Assembly (NCBI GenBank): GCA_020891255.1
Contig: BQFW01000007.1
Location: 1,302,001-1,366,000, forward strand
Source of the DNA: Entomortierella parvispora E1425
Lineage: Eukaryota; Fungi; Mortierellomycota
DNA length: 64,000 bases
Reading direction: 5' to 3'
Both the position numbers and the translations under genes were made by a program. The notes under the pieces are model-generated. The model ran no database searches, was not told where the DNA came from, and was given only the letters and a program-made list of their open reading frames with translations. This document shows, piece by piece, positions 36,811-46,613 of the stretch (positions are counted from its first letter, which is position 1; every line of letters starts with the position of its first letter).

Positions 36811-38601
36811 TCTTTCCCGCCTCCCTGTCCTTCTTCATAATCTCCTTCATCGTCAAAACACGAACAAACACCATATGAAATCAAACTTGTCGCCATTACC
36901 TTTTCATGTACACAGGCGGATGACAGCTAGGCGGAGACATCAGGCACGTTTCTTTGAATGGAAGTCGGACCTGAAAGAAAGCGGTCAAAACTGATACCGA
37001 GTTGTTAGAAGTCATCTCTTACATATGAGGAAAGTACATCCAGTAAGAGTGAGAGGACTTACCCTGCGATTCCCGATAAGGGTGTTGGTTGGATGGAAGG
37101 CGCATACTTTGTTCCTCAAGGACCTTCGACGGATGGATGGATGGAAGACGCGTCTTTTTTGGATTTTGGCGAAAAATCAAAAAATTGAGCTGGACTGCCT
37201 TTTTTTTTGTGTTGACGCGACCAGACTGCGCGGCAGAAAAGCAAAGGTGGGAGCAGGAGTGGGTGGATTGTGGGAGCTCTGGGGAGAGGTGTCTCGATAG
37301 GTGGAGGACTGTGGGGGTGCGAGGGATGCTTCAGAGAGGTGTACTTACTTTAGAGAGAGTCTCTTGGCAGACGATGGGCTTGAAATGCAGAGAACTTTCT
37401 TGAGAGCCAAGCTGAGTTTGTGGGAGCTGGGGAGTGCATCGCTCGGCCTCAGCGACTATGGGGGGAGGGACCTCTAGGAAAATCGGCGGACAACAAAGGA
37501 CAGGGTTCTCTGCACAGAGAGAAAACTTGTTGACAGGTAGGTAGGCCCCTTGGTGACCTTCGAGGCAGAGAGGCGCTTTTCAGGGACTGCGTCTCACAAG
37601 GCCAGCTTGCCGGATAGAGCCCTGGAGAGGCAGACAGCAGGGCGTGGTGTGTTTGCGCCTGGCTAGCAGCAAGGTGGGGCTGAGCGTGGCAGTACTACGT
37701 TGGCAGCACTTGAGGAAGAAGGTGGCATGCAAGGGGGCGGGGGTCAGTAAGGGAAAAGATGATCCTGGCTGTGCAAGGGCAGGAGTGCCTTTGTTTGTTT
37801 GGTTGGTTGGATTTCAAATTACCTTAAAAGCACGCGAGCTGTGCTCTTGCATGAGTGCATGCGAGTGAGGGCCACTCGGGCAACCTTGGGTCATGGCAGG
37901 GATGGAGCATGACCGAGATGGAATGCGAATGTCAAGGTGGAGTAGGAATGGTGGTGAGGGTGGTGGTTGAGAGGGAGGAAAGGAAGAGAGTGAAGAGAGA
38001 GAGAAAGCAGCAGAGGGGCGTACATGTGCAAAAACAGGTGCGTGCACACGGACCAGGAAATTGACATTCGTCCAGCGAGCGCGTCCCTGGTCATTCTCGG
38101 CCTGTAAATCTGTCCCGGGCCTTTGACGCACTCTCGCTGGACTGGACGTGTGATTGGCCCGCGAGTCTGCCTGCATGGAATGGAGCAGCGAATAGCTGCA
38201 TGACCACGCGAGAATGGACAATCAGACAAAGGTGGTTACATTCCACCATGTCTCATGGGAACCAGCAACGTGTCCTTTTTATTCTCGCCTGCGACACACC
38301 CAGGAAAAATTGATAATAAAGACAGAATGCAATGTTCGTTCCTGGCCTGGAGAGCCTTGAGAACCCTTCCCTTTTCTTAGTAAAGCTTTTTGGATGGCTA
38401 TTCTTATCCGTCATGCAAATTAACCAACGAAGGATGATGGGTTAGGGGGGTCATTTCAAAGTAGGGCAGATCCAGAGCTCGGGGCTATAGAGGATGATTA
38501 AAGAGTAGAAGGGAACATTGGCATTGAAGCCCATAGCCAGCTGAAGATCGAGGGGCTGTCAAAAAGTATGAAAGGTCTCCCACGACGTTCAAAAGCCAGC
38601 T

Positions 38602-40206
38602 TTATTTGGACAAACGACAGATTCTTAACTCTGGCCAGATCTCCAGCATCCGGGACCCCAAGGGCAATTTTAAAAGCTGCGTTGGACTTAACTCATCATG
38701 AAAGAAATGGTCGTCAGCATCGTCATCGTCATCGTCGCTGATATCATCTCCGTTGTCAGTCTTGCGCAGATCCTTGTTGGCCGTACTTTTTACATACCCA
38801 AGATAACTCGGGTACTTTCGAGTATCGAAGCCACCCAGTTGACCGGCCCATCCAGGGCGAATATTGATCACTTCCAGCTTTCGCAATTGGGCAAATCGCC
38901 CAAACACTTGTCTGTTCGCTTCATCATCATCCTTCATTCGTTCCATCGTGACTCTGAAAGACCGCAGTCCTCGACATACCCAAGGCCGCGGCGGAGACGA
39001 AGGCTCCGGCCAATATACCTTGTATGCTTTCAGCTTGTCCACCAAATCCTTCTTGCCCATGCACTTGGCTGTGTTGATTTCATAATTCAACTCGCGGGTC
39101 CGTCCGTCGGCGGCATATCTTCTCCAGGCCTCAGCCTGCACTGTGTCAGCAACATCGCCTGCAAATATTGTTCCACTTTTGATCTCTTGAAGTTTTGGAC
39201 ATGAAGCCATAATCTCTTGAATTGTCCAGCCAGACGTAGCCAAGTGCAAAACCTCGAGCGTAGGCAAATGTCGTTGTAACGCTGGCCATCCTTCCCTTCC
39301 AAATCGACTGTTTTTAGACACGAATCGCCGAAGGCTGTTTGGACAACTCTCCAACAGCTCTTTCAAAAGATCCTGACTGAACATAGAGCGGTTCAAATCC
39401 ACTCTGTCGGTGATCTTGAGGGAATCGAGTCGAGGCCAGCAGCAACCGGTGCTAATTCTAGTGTCTGCACCAACCTCGACTTTGTCCCTGTACTGAAGTT
39501 TATCGCAAAGAGCGCGAACAAATTGAACTGTCCACTCTGGTCCCTTATCTACCAACTCCCAAGCGAGGGCTTCCAGCTTGGAGGACTTTTCAAAAAGACC
39601 GAGTTGCTCTCGGAATGGGATATTCTTGGGCGGTCCTACCACCTTCAGTTCGCGCAACTCGGGAAATGGTATCCAGGATCCGTCATGCGTGGTTGCATCC
39701 GACTCTCGCACGGGCCAACAATAAGTCAGGGACAGCGTTGTGAGTCGGGCAGCCATTTTTGAAAATTTGTTGAACATGGCACCATCCAACCGAACCTTGT
39801 TCAGGACCAGCTGGGTGACCCTGGGACAAGATTGGATGATGGTTTCCATGACTTCAAGGTAGTTGCCGAGTAAGGTGAAATCATGCATGTCTATATGTCG
39901 CAGGTTTGAGTTCTTTTGAAGAAGGCCAAGAAGGTCAGAGACGGAGCTAGCGGATTGTAAGCTGAATTGAAGCCGTGTAAGAAGTTGACAATGTTGAAGA
40001 ATGTCGGGGTGGATCTCGCCGACGTGCAAGTCTCGGACATGTTCAAGATGCTTTTGAAATGATGGCCAAGAGGGGTTGTGGCTGTAGGCAGTGTAAAGCA
40101 ATGGAGTGAAGGACTGGTGCCAGCTCCTGCAGACGAGAATGCAGCGGGTCAAGTCGTTGTTGTTGAGTGTGGTGCCGACAAGAAGTTGAATCTCATAAAG
40201 GTCCAT
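38602..40206 (-). CDS. Intronless F-box-like/RNI-like LRR protein (534 aa)
   Basis: MDLYEIQLLVGTTLNNNDLTRCILVCRSWHQSFTPLLY is F-box-like. LRRs follow, with PWVCRGLRSF and IWPELR motifs. Confidence 0.85.
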   Translation of the reverse strand: MDLYEIQLLVGTTLNNNDLTRCILVCRSWHQSFTPLLYTAYSHNPSWPSFQKHLEHVRDLHVGEIHPDILQHCQLLTRLQFSLQSASSVSDLLGLLQKNSNLRHIDMHDFTLLGNYLEVMETIIQSCPRVTQLVLNKVRLDGAMFNKFSKMAARLTTLSLTYCWPVRESDATTHDGSWIPFPELRELKVVGPPKNIPFREQLGLFEKSSKLEALAWELVDKGPEWTVQFVRALCDKLQYRDKVEVGADTRISTGCCWPRLDSLKITDRVDLNRSMFSQDLLKELLESCPNSLRRFVSKNSRFGREGWPALQRHLPTLEVLHLATSGWTIQEIMASCPKLQEIKSGTIFAGDVADTVQAEAWRRYAADGRTRELNYEINTAKCMGKKDLVDKLKAYKVYWPEPSSPPRPWVCRGLRSFRVTMERMKDDDEANRQVFGRFAQLRKLEVINIRPGWAGQLGGFDTRKYPSYLGYVKSTANKDLRKTDNGDDISDDDDDDADDHFFHDELSPTQLLKLPLGSRMLEIWPELRICRLSK

Positions 40207-40434
40207 GTCTGAGGAATGAAGAGTTGGGGTGAGGCGGTGAGGAGTGAATCAAGTGGTCGAGGTCAAGAGAGTGGTGTGGCTGTGAGACCGTGTGCACCGC
40301 AGCGCGACTCGGCTGCGATAACTGCGCGGGTGGACATTATCCTTTGAACATTTGTCCAACCATCCCCCATCCATAGTTTTACGGTTCCAATGTATTTGAC
40401 AAATAGATGTGTATATGTGTGTATATGGCGTTCC

Positions 40435-43400
40435 CTACAAAGAATCATTGCTCTCTCGAGCCCAAGCATCCTGGTATTGGCTACTCATCCCAGTAGCTCC
40501 TATTCCCTTCCCGTTTCCTGAACCCCAGCTTGAAATAGACGAGGTCGAGTAGCGTGATTCAGGGACTACTCCATTCGCGTTCAGGAGCGCGAATATCACC
40601 TTAGTCTGCAGCCCAAGCTTGTAGACCTCCTCAATGCTGTCCCAAACCCGCTCCTGGCGCAGCTCTTCCTTCCTTCGCGACTTTAGCATCTTGCGTCGAG
40701 GTCCACAAGGAGCACAGCTTAGCGAATGAGATCCCAAGGTCCAATACTTGAAAATCTGGACCTTGATCACATCCAGAACAACACAGCTGACCAAGGAGAT
40801 ACCAAAAACTGCCAGGGCTTGGCCAATTGGCACTGCAGGTGTCAGCCATCCGAAAAAGACCATCAGCAGCGCCACCACTTGTGTGCCAATAATGACTGTG
40901 ATGAACATGAACGACGGCAAACTTTCCCAAAAGTATCCTGACAATCGAGTCGAAAAAATCAGAAAGTGGGGGGCGGATGAAATGTGCAGATACATGATCG
41001 AATCCAATCGGCGATCGACAGTATCCGGAGCAGCCTCAGGCTGAGGTTCGTAACCAATGACCTTCCAGAAGTAGTAGAAGTGGCCAAACGAAAGTGCGGT
41101 CAAGAGGATGCCAAGGAAGCAGGACAAGAAAATCAGTTGACCCACTCGCCACTTGTCCGGTTGCTTTGAAACTTGAGCATTGTCGACTGCAATAACAAGC
41201 GTGGCAAGATCGTTGAGGATACAGATCAGGATGAGAAGCTTTGCAGGCAGAGTCCAGTCGTACGCCAAGACGACCACAAAGAAAAAGATCAAAAAATGGA
41301 CAGTTGAGGTGATACGGTAGAGGGCATAGGATCGCATCCGCTGGAAGATAGCTCGAGATGAAGTGACTCCCTCAATGATGGTCGATAGTCCAGGCGCCAT
41401 GAGAACGATATCTGCGGCTGATCGTGCTGCATCCGTGCATCCGTGAACAGCAATACCAACGTTGGCCTTTTTAAGAGCAGGGGCGTCGTTGACCCCGTCG
41501 CCTGTCATGCCGACAAGAAGTCCTCGTCGCTGAAGTGCATCAACGATCTTGAACTTGTGTTCTGGGGTGACCTCTGCAAACCCATCTGCACGGTAGCATC
41601 GTTCTGAAAGCAACGCTTCTGATACATTGGGGTTGGTCATATGGGAGGCATCCAGAATGACTTGACCCATTCCCAGACGACGTGAAACTTCCTTGGCAAT
41701 AATCTGTTGATCTCCTGTAACCATCTTGACTGTAATACCCAACGTCTGGCAGCGAGCGATTGTATCGGCAGAGTCCTCTCGTGGTGGGTCCAACAAGCTG
41801 ATCAACCCCACAAGTTGCCACTGATCCTTGGTCCCTGCAACAGTACGAGCGACACCGAGGGCTCGAAGTCCGCGTTTTGCCAATGTAATATACGCTTTGA
41901 CGCCAGCATCATGTCCTCCTACGAGCTTGATCATCATCTGGGGGGCTCCTTTGGCGACCATGAACGACGTTCCATCACTTTGCTTTGTGACAGTAGCCTG
42001 AGTGTACTTGACGGAGGGGTTGAATGGCACAAACTCATTGATATCGTAGCCTGGAACCAAATGAGCTTGACTTGATGGCCGATTCCTCAAAATTGGAACT
42101 TGGTTTTCTGCCGCTGATCGAACCGCCAATTCGATAGGATCGTTTGCCCCAAATTCAGAGGCGAGGTACGAATACAACAAAAGGTCGTCGGCGGAATATC
42201 CGTCGCAAAGGAAGGGTTCATCGAAAGATAGTTCATTCTTTGTTAACGTGCCTGTCTTGTCCGAGCAAAGAATGGAGAGCGAAGACATTTCCTCCACTGC
42301 TGCCAGGCGTTTCACGATGACTTGCTTCTGAGCGAGACCTCGAGCTCCAACAGCCATGGTAACCGCCATGACTGTAGGAAGACCAACAGGGATAGCTGCA
42401 ACGGCCAAGATCAAGACGGGTCCAAGGATCTTCAAGACTTGGCCACGAATAGGATCATCCCGGAACACGATGAATTGGAAAATAATGATAGCGACAACAA
42501 GGACAAGCGTGAACAAAATCAAAAAGTTGCCAATCCTGCCAATGATCTTTTGAAAATGCCCTTCGTCCTATCGCAAATGAAAGAGACAACTTGGAATTCA
42601 GTGCTGGTGTCAAACGCAATAACCTTGAAGAGAGTGGCGTCTATCTTACCTGTGTTGTGGCGATAAGCTGTGCAGTTTTTCCAATACAAGTTTTGCTTCC
42701 TGTTGCTGTGACAATGGCCAACTGTTGTCCTTGCTTCACAATCGTTGATGAAAACACCTGGTCTCCTTTCTTCTTTGTGGCCGCCAGCGATTCTCCTGTA
42801 AGTGATGATTGATCCACCAATAGTGCACCGTCGGTCTCTACTCCTGTGGCGCCCAAACCCAATAGACTGGCATCTGCAGGGATAATGTCACCGAGGCGGA
42901 GCACAACCACGTCTCCAGGAACCAGCTGAGCAGCGTCTAGCTCTTGCAGCTGTCCGTCACGCCAGCACCGGGTCTTGAGTGCCAATGTGTGTCGGAGAGC
43001 ATCGACTGCCGATTCTGCGCGCGCCTCCTCCACGTACCCAATGATGGCGTTGAGCAAGAGCAAACCGAGAATGATGGCGAAATTGAACCAGTCCTACCAC
43101 AAGTAAAATGTAACCGTTAGAGACTGTGTTCCTCCCGTCGACTTTAAATATTTTTTTGCTTTGTTTTGCACGGCCGACATCATCTGGTCCAAAAATACAA
43201 AACAGACAGGCGCAGACCTCAGCCCAAGTCTGGGTCACTGTCCATCCCCTTTTAAAAGGGCGGACTACAGATGACGGCTTTCGTCCCGATAAGCACAGGC
43301 AGCTCCCGAGGTCTGATGCGGGACTAGTGCTTATAGTGCATGACGCATGCTCTACATTTTCCCCTCTTTTCTCCCATACCTTGACAATGATGGAGATAAT

Positions 43401-43688
43401 ACAGGCGAGTTCAATAAGGAAGGCGATCGGGCCCACAAAGTAGCTGAGAAATTTGAGAACATGGTTCGGCTTGCGTTCCGTCAGCTCGTTGTATCCGTAG
43501 ATTGCTCGGCGCCGGTCTACCTCTGCTGTCGACAGTCCTGAAGTCGGCAGAGTTTGGAGTAACATTGCCTCGAGTTCGATCCCATCATTTTGATGGTCCC
43601 TGCTGGCGTCCAGCAAGTGGTCCTGGCTTGCCAATGGGATTTTGTCATGGTCGTCAGGGTCGTGGATTTCCCTGTATCCTCGCGCCAT
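40435..43688 (-). CDS. PMA1: P3A-type plasma-membrane H+-ATPase (Pma1 family; orthology not established). Exons 43688-43380, 43093-42650, 42567-40435
   Basis: DQSSLTGES, IPVGLP, CSDKTGTLT, KGAP, DPPRED, MVTGD, GDGVNDAPALKKA and TM6 ILNDLAT carrying the proton-binding Asp. Confidence 0.92.
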
Positions 43689-44130
43689 ACTTTTTAGATC
43701 TCCACAGCTGTTCTCGGTGACGTTCCTTGTATCCTATGGAGGTAGCGTATGCTGGAGAGGATAGGGGAGACGGTGAGATCGACTGCGTCTAATTGTTAAA
43801 AGAGAGGAATGGATCGATTCTTACAGAAGGCAAGCGCGTGATTGAAAGTCGAGCGTGTTCAGGAGAGTGAGGTAGTGGGGCTCGGGGAATTGATGATTCA
43901 ACAAGAGCAAAGGAATGAAGGAAGAAGCAAAAAAAAAGGGGGGGAAGCAAAGGAGCGAATGAATGACAGAGGGGAGAGGAAAAGAATCTAATGGAGCAGA
44001 GGGAGAGTGAAAAAGATGGCTGTGCCCTGCCTCTTGGACCGTGTGCGACCACGGCGTGCGCTGGATGCGGACTGTCCTTGGTTGGAGAGCAGAGCTGGCA
44101 GAGATGGCAGAGATAGACCCAGACAAAGAC

Positions 44131-44207
44131 ACGCAGACAGACAGAGACGGACAGACAGAGACGGACAGACAGAGACGGACAGACAGACGGACAGGCACAG
44201 ACAGAGT
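44131..44207. repeat. Short tandem repeat (ACAGACAGAGACGG)x3 within GACA-rich sequence
   Basis: 14-bp units at 44137, 44151 and 44165, then degenerate copies, in the divergent promoter region. Confidence 0.9.
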
Positions 44208-44608
44208 AAGACGCGTCAAGTGAACTGCCTTCGCTTCGACTACATGCCCTAACCGCCCATACGAGTCAAACAAAGACAAATGGTTTCCAACGACGAGCGA
44301 CACGCGCAGAGGAAATGTAGACCCAGCAGAGGGCCCTGCTGCAACAATCGGCACACAGACCGACTTGGACCAAAAAGTGATCGGCCTCCGTGTGAACCTT
44401 GCTTCCTTCCGTCCTTCCCTCTCTCCACACGAGCCCGTCTTCAGTCTGTCTGTCCTCTTTGGCCGACATTCTCTTTTCTTCCTTCTGCTCATCTCTCACT
44501 CTCACCTTCCTCCGCTCCACTCCATTTATTCTTTGCCTGTTCTTCTCCCCCTTCTGTCTCATCGCTTTTCCTCTCCTCTTTCCTCCTCCTCTTCTCATTA
44601 CAACTACC

Positions 44609-45819
44609 ATGAAGGCCATTCTCATTGAAAAGGCATTGTCCTCTGTGGACGAGATGCGTGTTCATACTGTGCCCGACCCTGTTCTCAAGAAGGGGGAGGT
44701 GCTCGTCGACGTTGCAGCTGCCGGCCTCAACTTTTTCGATATTTTGCAGGTGGGTGAGATATCTTTTCGCTCTTCTCTGCCAACTCGCAGAACCCTCAAC
44801 TGATCGAGTTTTTGCTCTACTCGGCTTTACAACAAACAGGTTCAGGAAAAGTACCAAATCAAGCCCCCATATCCCTATATTCCCGGCGCAGAGGTAATGC
44901 ATGGTCGTGGTTATATTGTCACTGTTCCCGATCATGTCCTATCTCTGTTCTGTCACTTTGCAAGTTCAACAGTGTTCTAACGTGATCACAAAAACTCCAG
45001 TTTGCAGGCACGATCACGAAGATCCATCCAGAGACCAAAGGTCACTTCAAAGTCGGCGACCGAGTCTTTGGATCGACCCAGGGCTGCTATGCCGAGAAGC
45101 TGGCTTGCAATGCCAAATCCCTGCTTCCTATCCCCAGCAACCTCTCCTTTGCCCAGGCCGCTGGACTCTTTATCACTTACCCAACCAGTTATGTCGCCTT
45201 GGCTGAGCGCGCACAATTGAAGGCTGGAGAGTGGTGTCTGGTTCACGCCGCTGCTGGAGGTGTGGGTCTCTGTGCTGTCCAAATTGCCAAAGCGCTTGGT
45301 GCCAAGGTCATCGCTACGGCGGGATCGCAGGACAAGCTCGATATTGCACTCAAGAACGGTGCTGATTACGGCGTCAATTACCGTGACAAGGATTGGTCTG
45401 CCCAGGTTCTCAAGATTACCGGAGGCAAGGGAGCCGATGTCGTGTATGATCCCGTTGGCTTGATCAATGAGTCCTTGAGATGCAGTGCCTGGTGCGCACG
45501 CGTGTTGGTCGTCGGCTTTGCTGCTGGAACGATCGAAAAGATCCCTGCCAACCGAATTTTGCTCAAGAATATCTCGGTTGTTGGTGTGCACTGGGGCGCG
45601 TACCAAAAGTATGACATTGCAACGGTGGGCAAAGTCTGGAAGGAGCTGCTAGAGTTGTTTGCAACCGAGAAGTTGGTTCCCGTGGTGTACGACAAGGTCT
45701 ATAATGGTTTAGATGCTGTCAAGACAGGTTTGAACGACCTTGCGTCCCGAAAGACCTTTGGTAAGGCTGTGGTTGCCATTGGCAAAGATGGTGTCGCCTC
45801 GACCCACAGCAAGCTGTAA
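44609..45819 (+). CDS. NADPH:quinone oxidoreductase / zeta-crystallin-like MDR protein with PTS1; 3 exons
   Basis: VDVAAAGLNFFD, PYIPGAE|FAG, nucleotide-binding LVHAAAGGVG, VVYDPVG and C-terminal SKL-stop. Confidence 0.92.
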
Positions 45820-46613
45820 TAGATGTGAAGAGAAATAAAAAAAAAAAAATCGAGTTGGTGGCAACAGCCACACCACGTGAATGGAGCCGGCTCAAATTTA
45901 TAGAGGGTCAACGGTCATGGTTGGAGGCGAAAAAAAGTTTGCATGAATGCAAACTCTGTGGCCACAATTGGCGATAGAAAAGGGAGGGAAGCGCAAATGG
46001 GGAACAAGGAGGAGAGGGGGTCGTTGGCCAAGAACAAATAGAAAAGCAACAGATAAATTTCGATCGTCCTTGGCCAACAGCAAAGAGAGACAGCAATGCG
46101 ATCATGATGAAGACAGTGGAGACTTTGGCAAGGCGCCCATTTGTCCAAACGGCACTCTGCCGATAATGGACCGCACAGGCGGGGATGATGAAGCTCCACC
46201 ATCATCTTCCTCTACTGAACTACTGAATGCCTCGAAAGGACAGCAAAGGAAAGAAAAAAAAAACTTCCCGTGCAGCAGACGGGCATGACTGTCAATCACA
46301 CCTGTTTGTCTTACCTCAGAAAAAAGTGTCGTGTCCTTTGCTTCTTCCCCACTTTCCCTCCTTTCTTCCTTCCTCGTTCATCCACCTTGCTCCCCGCCCT
46401 TTCTTTTTTCTTTTCTGAGATTTTTTTTTTCTGCATTCGTGCTTGCTACTCCTTTTTTTCTTTCTCTTTATCCTCCTCCTGTAAATACTGCGACTCCTGT
46501 AAATACCACGATATCACCATAACGACTCCCCAACGATACAACTCTTCACAACGAACAGCCACGACGCTTCATCCTTCCTTCCCCAAAAACGACGACGATC
46601 CTCTTCGGATTTG

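Noticed and set aside
38439-38450. GGGTTAGGG telomere-like word
   Set aside because: Single copy, not tandem.
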